DNA of 63,952 nucleotides, the filler included. It is 5 parts of 5 records of this genome, joined end to end, with 100 filler letters (N's around TTAATTAATTAA, not from the genome) between each part and the next. Parts side by side here need not be neighbours in the genome. Positions count along the whole stretch, not along the records: positions 1 to 22,296 come from SRR20825006_1959; positions 22,397 to 36,877 come from SRR20825006_1965; 3 more parts are not named here. One strand, 5' to 3'. The notes under the pieces are model-generated. The model had not been told where the DNA came from and ran no database searches. It was given only the letters and a program-made list of their open reading frames with translations. Below, one piece after another: positions 19,751 through 29,442 of this stretch. Position 1 is the stretch's first letter; each line of letters begins with the position of its first letter. The position numbers were made by a program, and so were the translations under genes.

Positions 19751-21825
19751 CGAGCAACCTCCTTTTCCAACACGATATGTCCAAAAGCGTGGATAAAACC
19801 ACGCCAGCCGGAGGGTGCATAAGTTGTCGTCTGCTCCTCGGCAATGAGAGCCGGGCCTTCAAAAACAGCACCGGATGTTTCGTTCAACCGCGACACCCGG
19901 CCTGCTTCTACGGTTTGCCCCGAGGTCGCCTCGAAAACAGGAACACGCTCACAAACGGTTGCAGGGTGAACATTGCCGGAAACCGGCTTTTCCGCCATCG
20001 GCTGCTCAGGGCCTTTAGCCGTTAAACTGAGCGCAACGAGTTCAATGGCATTGTCCCGTAACTCTGCACCATAGATGGCATAATATGCTTCGACAAAAGC
20101 CTGTTTCATGGCGACAATGCCGTCCTCTGTCGTGACTGGTTCCGGTAATGAAACACGCAAGGCATGGCCCTGCCCCTCGTACCGCAACTCCGCCGCCAAC
20201 ACGGTCTCGGCACGGGTCCCCCTCTTCAAAGCCGGCTCCACAACCGCACGCGCTTCATCCGCCATCTCCCGCTGCAGCGCCGTTAGCCGGAACAGATCAA
20301 GCGCATCTGTTCTGGCCAGAACACTGCGTGCAACCTCATAAGCGATTGGCGCACTCAGAAAACCGACCGCCGAACCGACGCCGGCAAAGGCCGGGACCAC
20401 AACGCGTGAAATGCCCAGCTTTTCAGCCAGTCGCACAGCATGCAACGGCGCCGCACCGCCGGAGGCCATCAATGTGTAGTGGGTCACATCCTTACCGCGC
20501 TCGATTGCATGAACGCGCGCGGCATTGGCCATGGCCTCTTCGCCAACTTCCGTAATACCGGCAGCAGCCCAGGCCTGCGAACTCATATTGAGAGGTTCCG
20601 CGACCTTTTGGGCAACCGCATCCTCGGCCAGGTCCCGCCTCAGATTCAAACGCCCGCCGGCAAACCCGTCCGGCAAAAGTTTACCAAGCACCACATTGGC
20701 GTCGGTGATTGTGGGATCTGTTCCGCCAAGACCATAGCAGGCCGGGCCAGGCACGGCCCCGGCACTCTGCGGCCCGACGGCAAGACGGCCAAGCCTGTCA
20801 CGCCTTGCGATCGATCCGCCACCGGCGCCGATCTCGACAAGTTCAGTTGTGGGAATGCGCACCGGCAAGCCGCTACCCTTTTTGTTTCGCCATGCCCGTG
20901 CAATCTCAAAGCGTCGCGCCGTGGCAGGCTGAGCGTTGTCCAGAAAGCAGATCTTCGCAGTCGTGCCGCCCATATCAAGCGCCAGCATTCGTTCGATTTC
21001 AAGTTCGCGCGCGACACGCGCGCCCAGCGCGACACCGCCCGCCGGACCGGATTCCAGCAGACGGATCGGCATACGGGCCGCCTGCTCCACGGTTGTCAGC
21101 CCGCCGCCGGAGAGCATAAGCATGAATTCACCAGCAAAACCACGCGCCCGCAATGCGTTTTCAAATCGATGAAGATAACGCGACATCAGCGGACGCACAT
21201 AGGCATTGGCGCAAACGGTGGAAAAGCGCTCGTATTCGCGAATTTCCGGCGACACTTCACTGCTGAGGCAGATCGTTACCTCGGAACCAAGACACTCGGA
21301 AAGCCACAGCGCCACCTGACGTTCGTGCGCATCATTGGCGGTCGCGTGCAGAAAGCCGATAGCGACAGCCTCGACCTTCTGTTCTTTCAGTACCTCTGCA
21401 ATACGCTCAATCTGCGCTCTGTCCGGTGCGACGAGCGGCTGGCCATACGCATTCATACGCTCGTTCACCGGCAAGCGCAGTTCACGCGGTATCAGCGGCT
21501 CTGGCAGTTCGATATCAACATCATATTGATCGAAACGGCGCTCATAGGCCATTTCCAACACATCACGAAACCCCTCGGTGGTAACGAGAGCCGTCTTTGC
21601 ACCACGGCGTTCGATCAATGCATTGGTCGCCAGCGTGGTCCCATGAACAACGGTTGAGATGGCACTGAACTCAACACCCGAAGACTGGAGCAGTGCCGAC
21701 GCACCCTCCATAGCAGCCGTTTCCGGCGCCTGTGGCGTTGTCAGAACCTTCAGTGAGGTGAGCGCATCATTTTCCAGAACGATGTCCGTAAATGTACCGC
21801 CGATATCAATTGCTAGCCTGATCAT
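19747..21825 (-). CDS. Hydantoinase A / oxoprolinase subunit
   Basis: IDIGGTFTD, HGTTLATNA, ESGPAGG, DMGGTT, GAGGGS, GPACYG.GG. Confidence 0.93.
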   Translation of the reverse strand: MIRLAIDIGGTFTDIVLENDALTSLKVLTTPQAPETAAMEGASALLQSSGVEFSAISTVVHGTTLATNALIERRGAKTALVTTEGFRDVLEMAYERRFDQYDVDIELPEPLIPRELRLPVNERMNAYGQPLVAPDRAQIERIAEVLKEQKVEAVAIGFLHATANDAHERQVALWLSECLGSEVTICLSSEVSPEIREYERFSTVCANAYVRPLMSRYLHRFENALRARGFAGEFMLMLSGGGLTTVEQAARMPIRLLESGPAGGVALGARVARELEIERMLALDMGGTTAKICFLDNAQPATARRFEIARAWRNKKGSGLPVRIPTTELVEIGAGGGSIARRDRLGRLAVGPQSAGAVPGPACYGLGGTDPTITDANVVLGKLLPDGFAGGRLNLRRDLAEDAVAQKVAEPLNMSSQAWAAAGITEVGEEAMANAARVHAIERGKDVTHYTLMASGGAAPLHAVRLAEKLGISRVVVPAFAGVGSAVGFLSAPIAYEVARSVLARTDALDLFRLTALQREMADEARAVVEPALKRGTRAETVLAAELRYEGQGHALRVSLPEPVTTEDGIVAMKQAFVEAYYAIYGAELRDNAIELVALSLTAKGPEQPMAEKPVSGNVHPATVCERVPVFEATSGQTVEAGRVSRLNETSGAVFEGPALIAEEQTTTYAPSGWRGFIHAFGHIVLEKEVAR

Positions 21826-21834
21826 TTTCTTATT

Positions 21835-21844
21835 AGTATGTACT
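21835..21844. promoter_or_regulatory. Possible GntR/HutC-type operator upstream of the hydantoinase operon
   Basis: Palindrome AGTA-TG-TACT in AT-rich context 10 nt upstream of ATG 21825; operon ends with a HutC-type GntR. Confidence 0.35.
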
Positions 21845-21955
21845 TTTTTGATCGGGTCAATCTCGGGTCCAAACATTAATCCGACTTTCCCGAGAAGAAT
21901 AGACAACGATAGCACTCAAACAACTGACTGCAACTTAAGATTTTATGGTCGCAAC

Positions 21956-21985
21956 AAAAAAACCGGCCGCTTAACAGCGGCCGGT
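21956..21985 (-). terminator. Rho-independent terminator after the BCCT gene
   Basis: ACCGGCCGC-N6-GCGGCCGGT stem followed by a T-run on the minus strand. Confidence 0.75.
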
Positions 21986-22010
21986 CAATGAGACGAACAT
22001 GAAGGCTTGG

Positions 22011-22296
22011 CTAACCGCGTGGCTCGTTTCGCAGCCCCTGAATAATCGAGAAACATGCGAGTAGCAGAACGATGGTAAATGGAAAGCCGGTAGAAACCGC
22101 CATCGCCTGCAAGGCCGCCAGACCGCCACCCAGAAGCAGTGCAATCGCAACGAGCCCCTCAAAGGTCGCCCAGAAAACACGCTGCGGAACCGGAGCGTCA
22201 ACCTTGCCGCCTGCGGTGATCGTGTCGATGACAATCGATCCTGAGTCCGACGATGTCACGAAGAAGACGATCACCAGCACGATACCGATGAACGAG
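22011..22296 (-). CDS. BCCT-family (betaine/choline/carnitine) transporter, C-terminal fragment
   Basis: FFVTSSDSGS.V, QRVFW, GGL.ALQ...STGFPF; truncated at contig end. Confidence 0.88.
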
Positions 22297-22396
22297 NNNN
22301 NNNNNNNNNNNNNNNNNNNNNNNNNNNNNNNNNNNNNNNNTTAATTAATTAANNNNNNNNNNNNNNNNNNNNNNNNNNNNNNNNNNNNNNNNNNNN
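22297..22396. other. Artificial contig spacer
   Basis: N-run, TTAATTAATTAA (stops in all six frames), N-run. Confidence 0.99.
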
Positions 22397-23154
22397 GTGT
22401 AGGTCTTGCCCGAGCCGGTGACGCCGAGCAGGACCTGATCGGTTTCGCCGTTTTCAACGCCTTCCACCAGTTCGGCAATGGCGGTGGGCTGGTCGCCGGC
22501 GGGCTCATATTCGGTGTTGAGGCGGAAGGGGCGGCTCTCGGCGGATTTGGCGGGGTGCTCGGGGCGGTGCGGCACCCAGGGGGCGGAGCCTTCCACCTCC
22601 TTGCGGCCATGCAGGATGATCTGTTCGAGCGCCTTGACGGTGGCGGTGACGCCGACAGTGGAGGCGTTTTCGAGGGATTCGTTCTTGCGGGCCTTGTTCT
22701 TTTTCACCGAGGCGTCGAGGGCTTCGCGGAGTTTCGACTGGGTTTCGGGATCAGCGGCGGCGGTGCGGGAGATGTCGCGGGCGGTGAGCGGCCGGTCACC
22801 GCTGGTCGCGCTACGCGACGACGATGGCACATGGCCGAAGCCGGCCTGCGGGGCTTCGCCCATGCCATCGAAGTCGACGCGGTCGACCGAGTTGATCTTG
22901 GTCTTGCCGGATTTTTTCGCCATGCCGGTGGCGGTGTCGTGGCTCGACTTGGTGGTACGGCGCTTTTCGAGGGCGGATTTGGGCTCTTTCGCGGCTTTTT
23001 CGGCGGCCTCGGCGCGGTCGAGGGCGCGCTTGTTCTTCATGCGCTCGGCATAAAGCGGCTTGGATGCCTGAATGTCCTCGGCCTTCTCGATCTCGGCGAA
23101 GAACTCGTCGATCGAAAACTCGGCTTTTCCCGGACGGGTCGATTTGGGGGCCAT
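22397..23154 (-). CDS. uvrB: Excinuclease ABC subunit B, N-terminal part with long N-extension (truncated)
   Basis: W.PHRP.....E....[17 protein letters not shown]......[12 protein letters not shown]. Confidence 0.92.
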
Positions 23155-23240
23155 GGCGCTGATCTCGGGGGCTGGGGAAGCGACTCAGATGGGAAACGAG
23201 GCGCGCAAATGCAATGTTCCGGCCGACATTAGCAAAGCCT

Positions 23241-23255
23241 GAACGGAGAGGGAAC
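23241..23255. promoter_or_regulatory. Alphaproteobacterial LexA (SOS) box upstream of uvrB
   Basis: GAAC-GGAGAGG-GAAC matches GAAC-N7-GAAC, about 87 nt upstream of the uvrB start. Confidence 0.6.
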
Positions 23256-23276
23256 GGGGGCTGCTGACAGCGGGAG

Positions 23277-24065
23277 TCAGCAATGGGTGATCAGTGGCCG
23301 GGGCACCCAGATGGCGCTGGCCGCATCGCCATAGGGATGAGCGGCGCCGTCGATAACCGTGGTGGCGACCCAGGCGCAGACAACAGCGTCCAGTGTGTCC
23401 TCATAGGCCTTCAGGTCGCGCAAGGGGGCGTTGACTGGCGGCGGCGGCAAGTGCTTGGCGCTGCCCTTGAGCACAATGTTGAGGGCCGCGACGATGGCGG
23501 TCCATTGCGCGAGCAGGGCCTGGCGGCGCTCGATTGCCGGCAGCAGGGGCCAGTATTTGCCGCGATTGTGCACCTTGTAGGGGAGCCGCCGGGTGGCGCC
23601 GGTCAGCTCGATCAGCGCCGGGTGCGGATAGACCTCGACGGTGCCGGGGCCGGTGACCGGGTTCTCGCAGAGCAGGGGAAAACCGGCGCGCGTCAGACCC
23701 GCGAGCATATCGACAGCCAGGGGACCGGGCCGCATGGCGCTGGGGCTATGGGTGCCGGCGGCCCTGGCGCCATAGGCGGCCGAAATGGCATTGTCGCTGA
23801 CCCGGCGAGCGGTGATCAACTCAGCCATCAGCGGCATGTCGATCGCCACCAGGCTGGGCCGGGTTCCGGCAAGGCGGGTCGCGTCGGTGAGCAGCTTTTC
23901 GGCATCGAACCGGTCGGTCGGATTGCTCCCTGCCAAGGCATGGAATGCGGCAAAGGAGGGTGCAGCAGCGACCAGGCGCCAGCCATCGCCGCTTTCCGCC
24001 GCAATTGCCACGCCGCTGGGATTGCGGGTGGTCCAGGCGGCATCAATACCAAGAACGGTGCGCAT
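23277..24065 (-). CDS. DUF429 family protein (predicted RNase H-like fold)
   Basis: LGIDAAW, VAIDMPL, VEVYPHPAL, EDTLDAVVCAW. Confidence 0.8.
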   Translation of the reverse strand: MRTVLGIDAAWTTRNPSGVAIAAESGDGWRLVAAAPSFAAFHALAGSNPTDRFDAEKLLTDATRLAGTRPSLVAIDMPLMAELITARRVSDNAISAAYGARAAGTHSPSAMRPGPLAVDMLAGLTRAGFPLLCENPVTGPGTVEVYPHPALIELTGATRRLPYKVHNRGKYWPLLPAIERRQALLAQWTAIVAALNIVLKGSAKHLPPPPVNAPLRDLKAYEDTLDAVVCAWVATTVIDGAAHPYGDAASAIWVPRPLITHC

Positions 24066-24162
24066 GGCGCAGACTATGCTGCAGGCGGGCGGTGGCGTCA
24101 CCGTCTGTTGTGCCGCGGGATGGTCAGCGCTTTAAGCATTGCCATTGCGCGCTCGGGCCTGT

Positions 24163-24861
24163 TCAGCGGCCCGGTTTGGTCGCGAACCAGAGGGTGTGGC
24201 GGTCGCCCTTGCCATTGTTGCGGGCGCGGACGGTGACTTCTTCGACCTGCATGCCGGTTTGCTTCAGGCGCTTGGTGAAGCGGGCGTCGGGGTGGGAGGA
24301 CCATATCGCCAGATGGCCGCCAGGGGTCAGGGCGGCGCGGGCGGCGGCGAGGCCGGGGGCATTGTAGAGGCGATCATTGGCGGGACGGAACAGGCCATCG
24401 GGGCCATTGTCGACATCGAGCAGGATGGCGTCGAATAGCTTGCCGCCGCCCATGGCCGTTGTGACATCGCCGAGGTGGATGTGGACGCGTGGATCGTCGA
24501 GGCTATCGCCATGGAGCGGGGAAAGCGGGCCACGGGCCCATTCGACGATTTCGGGCACCAGTTCCGCCACGACAATCTCGCTGTCGGCGGCAAAGCATTT
24601 GAGGGCGGCGCGCAGGGTGAAGCCCAGACCCAGGCCACCAATGAGGATGCGGGCACAGGGGCGCGATCCGATGCGAGCGGCCGACATAGTGGCGAGCTGT
24701 TCTTCCGAATTGCTCATTCGACTGTTCATCAACGTAATGACGCCAGACATGACGGAAAACTCGGTTCCCCGCTGCATCAGCGTCATCGGGCCACCGCCGG
24801 GCATGGTGGTCTCGCCGAGTTTTTGCCAGGGCAGCATTTGGGGTCCTGTGGGCGGTGGCAT
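24163..24861 (-). CDS. Spermidine synthase-like SAM-dependent methyltransferase
   Basis: ILIGGLGLGFT, AEL.PEIV.W, FDAILLDVDNGP; true start may be ATG 24837. Confidence 0.85.
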   Translation of the reverse strand: MPPPTGPQMLPWQKLGETTMPGGGPMTLMQRGTEFSVMSGVITLMNSRMSNSEEQLATMSAARIGSRPCARILIGGLGLGFTLRAALKCFAADSEIVVAELVPEIVEWARGPLSPLHGDSLDDPRVHIHLGDVTTAMGGGKLFDAILLDVDNGPDGLFRPANDRLYNAPGLAAARAALTPGGHLAIWSSHPDARFTKRLKQTGMQVEEVTVRARNNGKGDRHTLWFATKPGR

Positions 24862-25036
24862 GGAAGTGCCTGAGCCCTAGCAGGCTGCCTGTGCGAACGG
24901 CAAGTGCCGACTGTAGCTGATGGCTGTTCGCTCATCATGGCGAGTTGGCCGGATGCCGGTCGCCTTCGCCAACATGTAGGTTGAGCCGACGCCTGGGCTG
25001 CCGAGCAGGGTTATCCTGCTCGGCAGTGCAGTCAGT

Positions 25037-25939
25037 TCAGCAGGCCGGAACTGGGTTTTGCGCCCAGGCTGCGGCCATTCTGGCAATTGCTGGAAGATGG
25101 GACGTGCCGGCAGGATCGGCGAGGCCGTGATCGAGGGCCGGAAATTCCCAATAGGTCAGATGGCAGAGACTTCTATCTGCGAAGGTGGACAATGTGGTGC
25201 GGGAAGCCGCAACGGGTGCCGACTGGTCCAGACCGCCCTGGATAAGCAGGAATGGAGTGGTGGCTTTTTGCATATGGTCGAGTGGGCGCAGGTCCAGGCC
25301 GTCGGCCCAGAAACGGTAGGTCGAGCCGCCGAGGGGTTCCGAACTTTGCGGATTTTGGCGCGCCATTTGGAAGCCGGACCGGACCTGCTCCTGCGCTTCG
25401 GGCGGCACGGTGGACAGGACCATGTCGCCAAACGTTTCTCCGGTGGCCGTGGAGAGCAGAATTGTTGCGGTGACGGGGACATGTTCGGCCAGCATTGCCA
25501 TGGCCAATCCACCCTCGGAGCCGCCGAACAGGATGGTATTTGCGGTGTCCATGTTCGGATCGGCCGCCAATGCGTCAAGCACAATCCGATAGTCTGCGAC
25601 GCGCTGGCTGATGGTGTAATTGTCGAGGAATTGGGTCGGGCAATCGGTGAATGGATCCGGAATTTCGACGTCAGGCGTGACGCCGACTTTCTCCACGATA
25701 AGGGCTGCAAAATCGGGGAAGGCGGCGCGCACGGTGGCCAGATTGGGACTGAGGGCGGCGCGGGCACAGCCGGAGCCCTGGCTGATGACGAGCAAGCCGG
25801 ATGCTTCGCCCGCGGGGGCGTCGAGCGTATAGTGGATCATGGTCCCATCGGCCCGCCTGGCCTCGTGATAATCGATGGCATAAGCCTGCGGCAGGGCGAG
25901 CAAAGTCAGCGCGGCAAGCGCGTTAAAGCGGTCAAGCAT
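25037..25939 (-). CDS. Secreted alpha/beta hydrolase
   Basis: Signal peptide, nucleophile elbow GGSEGG, QGGLD, LDHGL. Confidence 0.8.
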   Translation of the reverse strand: MLDRFNALAALTLLALPQAYAIDYHEARRADGTMIHYTLDAPAGEASGLLVISQGSGCARAALSPNLATVRAAFPDFAALIVEKVGVTPDVEIPDPFTDCPTQFLDNYTISQRVADYRIVLDALAADPNMDTANTILFGGSEGGLAMAMLAEHVPVTATILLSTATGETFGDMVLSTVPPEAQEQVRSGFQMARQNPQSSEPLGGSTYRFWADGLDLRPLDHMQKATTPFLLIQGGLDQSAPVAASRTTLSTFADRSLCHLTYWEFPALDHGLADPAGTSHLPAIARMAAAWAQNPVPAC

Positions 25940-25951
25940 AGTTTGTTTCCG

Positions 25952-26581
25952 TTAGCGACGAATGGCGGCGGGGAGCAGGACAAGCGTCCCCATGATCAGC
26001 AAGGGCAGCAGGGCCGGGAACCCGATGGCGACGCTGATTTCTCCAGGTTGATCGGGCAGGGAGGGCAGCACATTGATGGTGACCATGGCGGCCAGGACTG
26101 CGCTCGACAGAGCGCCGGCAATTGGCCATGAATGCCTGGCACGGCGTTGATGCGCGAATGCCAGCATCAACATGGCCAGGATGACCGGGGCGGCGTAGGT
26201 GAGGAGCTTCAACCCATCGCCTAGATCGCTGATGACCGCGCGGAGCGGCGTTTCGGTTGCGGCGAGGAGCAAGCATAGCCCCAGCACCACCAATGCGAAT
26301 TGGCAGAGCACGGGAACTGCCAGGTAGACGAGCGCCGGCCAGCGGGCCGCCAGACTGCGGAAGCGGCCATTGGCCAGCATCGGCAGCAGCAGGGTATCGT
26401 TGCCGCCCAGGCGGCGGTCGGCCTCAGTCTGTGCCACATGTGGCGTTGCGCCTTCGGCGATCAGATGCGCGACGATATCTTCCCGATGTTCGGCCAGTTC
26501 GAGCAAATAGCGTTGCACATGGGCTGGTGACAGACCTGCCTTGAGCAGGTCTTCTCGCATGGTTTCCAGACGATCAGGCAT
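25952..26581 (-). CDS. PadR-associated membrane protein with N-terminal permease-prefix/HAAS-like domain
   Basis: RYL.EL.EH.ED....L...G......A..RLG followed by about 4 TM segments; start overlaps the padR stop. Confidence 0.7.
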   Translation of the reverse strand: MPDRLETMREDLLKAGLSPAHVQRYLLELAEHREDIVAHLIAEGATPHVAQTEADRRLGGNDTLLLPMLANGRFRSLAARWPALVYLAVPVLCQFALVVLGLCLLLAATETPLRAVISDLGDGLKLLTYAAPVILAMLMLAFAHQRRARHSWPIAGALSSAVLAAMVTINVLPSLPDQPGEISVAIGFPALLPLLIMGTLVLLPAAIRR

Positions 26582-26912
26582 GGTGGGGCGTCTCAACGAT
26601 CGATGCGATGGTGCCCTGGAGGCGCTGCCAATGGGCCAGCAAGGCGTCGAACCGGTCTTTGCCGGTCGGGGTGACGGAATAGTACACCCGGCTGCGGCCA
26701 TTGACAGTCTGCCGTCGCGTGGACAATGCGCCGTCGCGTTCCAGGGCATGGAGGACGGGATAGATGACGCCTTCTGCGAAACTCAGATTGTCGTTGCTGG
26801 CGGCGCGAATGGCTTCGACCAGTTCATAGCCATACATCTCCTTGTCGCGCAGCAGGCGCAGGACCAGCAGCTCGGGCACGCCGTTGAGAAATTGGGAGGT
26901 GGTGGTGGGCAT
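26574..26912 (-). CDS. PadR-family transcriptional regulator
   Basis: MYGYEL, EGVIYPVLH.LE..G, R.R.YY..T..G. Confidence 0.92.
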   Translation of the reverse strand: MPTTTSQFLNGVPELLVLRLLRDKEMYGYELVEAIRAASNDNLSFAEGVIYPVLHALERDGALSTRRQTVNGRSRVYYSVTPTGKDRFDALLAHWQRLQGTIASIVETPHHA

Positions 26913-26920
26913 CTTCTTGT

Positions 26921-26961
26921 TACCTAGTTTCTCTAGGTATGATGCCTAGCGTCGATAGGTA
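26921..26961. promoter_or_regulatory. Tandem palindromic operators (probable PadR sites)
   Basis: TACCTAG-N5-CTAGGTA (26921-26939) and TGCCTAG-N5-ATAGGTA (26943-26961), 22 bp apart, directly upstream of padR. Confidence 0.65.
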
Positions 26962-27061
26962 ATGCAAGAGTTTTGTCGTAGCCCTGTCGAAATGCCCGGG
27001 TCATTCTCGTCGCTGGCACAGGAACAGCGCGATGCTGTTCGCGTGTCACAGGGGACGAAAA

Positions 27062-27433
27062 ATGAAAATTGCAGGCTGGGTGTTGAGCGGGTTGATCGGG
27101 CTGTTTCTGGCGCTTGCGTCGGCGGCGCCGAAGTTTTTGGGGATCGAGGCGGCGACCGATGCCATGATGGTGGTGGGCTGGCCGGTGAAATATCTGGTGC
27201 TGATCGGGGTGATCGAGGTGGGGTGCGTGATCCTGTTCCTGATCCCGCGCACGGCGCTGCTGGGGGCGGTGCTGACCACGGGATTGCTGGGTGCGGCGCT
27301 GGCGGCGAATTTGCGGGTGGATAATCCGCTGTTCAGCCACACGCTGTTCTCGATCTATCTGGGGATCGCGGTGTGGGTTGCACTATGGCTGCGCGAAGAC
27401 AAGGTGCGGGCGGTGTTTCCGCTGGTGCGTTGA
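27062..27433 (+). CDS. DoxX-family membrane protein
   Basis: SAAPK, IG.IE....L.LIPRT.LLGA.L.TG.LG.A.A..LR...PLFSH.LF. Confidence 0.85.
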   Translation: MKIAGWVLSGLIGLFLALASAAPKFLGIEAATDAMMVVGWPVKYLVLIGVIEVGCVILFLIPRTALLGAVLTTGLLGAALAANLRVDNPLFSHTLFSIYLGIAVWVALWLREDKVRAVFPLVR

Positions 27434-27452
27434 AACGCTGAAGGCCGAGACG

Positions 27453-27482
27453 AAAAGGCCGGGCTGATACCCGGCCTTTTTT
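27453..27482. terminator. Bidirectional rho-independent terminator
   Basis: AAAAGGCCGGG-N6-CCCGGCCTTTTTT between convergent doxX and dctM. Confidence 0.85.
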
Positions 27483-27485
27483 GCT

Positions 27486-28799
27486 TTAGCTGACCGCCCA
27501 GGTCGCGATGGGCGGGAAGAACAGCAGGATCGCCAGGGCCACCAATTGCAGGGCAATGAAGGGCAGCATGGCGGTGTAGATGTGCTTGAGGGCGATTTCC
27601 TTTGGCGCCACGCTCTTGAGGTAGAAGGCGGCGGGGCCGAAGGGCGGGGTGAGGTAGGACACCTGCATATTGACCGCGAAGAGAATGCCGAACCAGATCG
27701 GGTCATAGCCAAGCTGGATGACGATGGGCACGAAGATCGGCAGGGTCAGGAGCGCAATGCCGATCCAGTCGAGGAACATGCCGAGGACGAGCAGGATCAG
27801 CATCATCACCATGATGATGACCACGGGCGGGGCGTCTAGGCCGAGAATGGCACCAGAAACGAAGCGATTGCCGCCCATGAGATTATAGACGCCGACGAGC
27901 ACGGCGGCCGCAATGCCTATCCAGATGATCATGCCGCAGGTTTCAAGCGTATGCACGAGACTGGCCTGCAGCATTTTCAAGTTCAGTTCGCGCCGCAGCA
28001 GCGAGACGAGCAAGACGGCGGAAACGCCAAGGGCGGCGGCTTCGGTAATGGAGGCGATGCCGCCATAGATCGAGCCGAGCACAACGATGACGATGAAAAC
28101 CGGCGCGGCGAGGGCCTTGAGGGCGTCGAGGATGGATTGCTCGGCATATTCCTCCTTGCTCATGGGTGGGCCCATCTGCGGATTGCGGATGCAGATGAAC
28201 AGCACATAGGCGACGTACAAGGCGAAGAGCAGCAGGGCGGGCGTGATGGCGGCGACGAACAGATCGGCAATCGAGACGCTGGCGATCAGCCCATAGATGA
28301 TGAGCACGATCGAGGGGGGCATCATGGTGCCCAGCGAGCCGCCGGCACAGACGACGCCGATCGAGAGATTGCGGTCGTAGCCGAGGCGCAGCATTTGCGG
28401 CAATGCCAGAATGCCGAGCAGGACGATTTCGCCGCCGATGACCCCGGACATGGCGGCCATCAGGACAGCCACGATCAGCGTCTGGACGGCCACACCACCA
28501 GGCAGGCGCCCGGCCAGGATGCGCATGCCGTTGAACAGGTCCTTGGCAATGCCGGATCGGTCGAGCAATGCCGCCATGAGAATGAACATGGGGATGGCCA
28601 CGAGCGAATATTCGGTGATGAAGCCGAAGATGCGGGAGGTGACCAGGGGCAGGGCCATGCCGCCGAACCAGCCAAAGGTGAAGACCAGCGCGACCAGGCC
28701 CGTGACCCAGGCCAGAGGCTGGCCGGTCAGCAGAAGCAGGAAGATGGCGGCAACCAGAACGTAGGAGCCGAGTTCGATGCCGAGAATGTCGAGGCCCAT
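27486..28799 (-). CDS. TRAP transporter large permease (DctM)
   Basis: AIPMFILM, SGVIGGE, GGSLGTMMPPS, YLTPPFG. Confidence 0.92.
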   Translation of the reverse strand: MGLDILGIELGSYVLVAAIFLLLLTGQPLAWVTGLVALVFTFGWFGGMALPLVTSRIFGFITEYSLVAIPMFILMAALLDRSGIAKDLFNGMRILAGRLPGGVAVQTLIVAVLMAAMSGVIGGEIVLLGILALPQMLRLGYDRNLSIGVVCAGGSLGTMMPPSIVLIIYGLIASVSIADLFVAAITPALLLFALYVAYVLFICIRNPQMGPPMSKEEYAEQSILDALKALAAPVFIVIVVLGSIYGGIASITEAAALGVSAVLLVSLLRRELNLKMLQASLVHTLETCGMIIWIGIAAAVLVGVYNLMGGNRFVSGAILGLDAPPVVIIMVMMLILLVLGMFLDWIGIALLTLPIFVPIVIQLGYDPIWFGILFAVNMQVSYLTPPFGPAAFYLKSVAPKEIALKHIYTAMLPFIALQLVALAILLFFPPIATWAVS

Positions 28800-28800
28800 G

Positions 28801-29373
28801 TCAGCGTTCCCCGCCTGTGGTGGGGCGCCGGATGGCGGCAATCAGGTGCAATAGGGTCTGGATGAACATGACTGCGCAGCAGATCAGCACCATGGCCTTG
28901 AGCAGGGCCGGGGTGGGTGGGTTCCAGGCGGTGCCGGTCCCTTCGAGGCGGAGATCGCCGGTCGGTGTGAACCACGACTTGGACGACATGATCCAGGCCG
29001 CGTAGCTGAGCCCGGCGAAAAACACCAAGGCGATAAGCGAATTCACGATATCGAGCCAGCGCCGGCGGGAGGGCGTGACCGCATCGTAGAACATGCGGAC
29101 GCGGATATGCTTGTCGCGGGCCAGGGCGATGGGGCCACCGACCAGGAATATCCCGGCGATCAGGAAGGTGGTGGTCTCGTGCGCCCAGAAGGTGGGGCTG
29201 TCGAATACATAGCGCGCCACGACCTCGATGACCGTGACGGCGAAGGCCGCAAAGATGGCCCAGGCAAAGACTTTGCTGGAGCCGGCAATGAAGCGGTCGA
29301 AGCCGGTTCGAATGCCGGCATCGGCATCTTCGACCTGGTCGACGATGGCTTCGAGATCTCGATCCTGGGACAT
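28801..29373 (-). CDS. TRAP transporter small permease (DctQ)
   Basis: EVVARYVFDSPT.WAHE, HIRV. Confidence 0.88.
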   Translation of the reverse strand: MSQDRDLEAIVDQVEDADAGIRTGFDRFIAGSSKVFAWAIFAAFAVTVIEVVARYVFDSPTFWAHETTTFLIAGIFLVGGPIALARDKHIRVRMFYDAVTPSRRRWLDIVNSLIALVFFAGLSYAAWIMSSKSWFTPTGDLRLEGTGTAWNPPTPALLKAMVLICCAVMFIQTLLHLIAAIRRPTTGGER

Positions 29374-29442
29374 GGCCTATCTCGCAATGTGGGAAAGGGG
29401 CACCCGGCGGTGGGCCGCCGGGTGCGCAGTGCCGAAAGGCTG

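Noticed and set aside
22397-23154. About 200-aa N-terminal extension on UvrB as a novel fusion
   Set aside because: Low-complexity charged extensions preceding W.PHRP are common in Rhizobiales UvrB; no separate domain recognised
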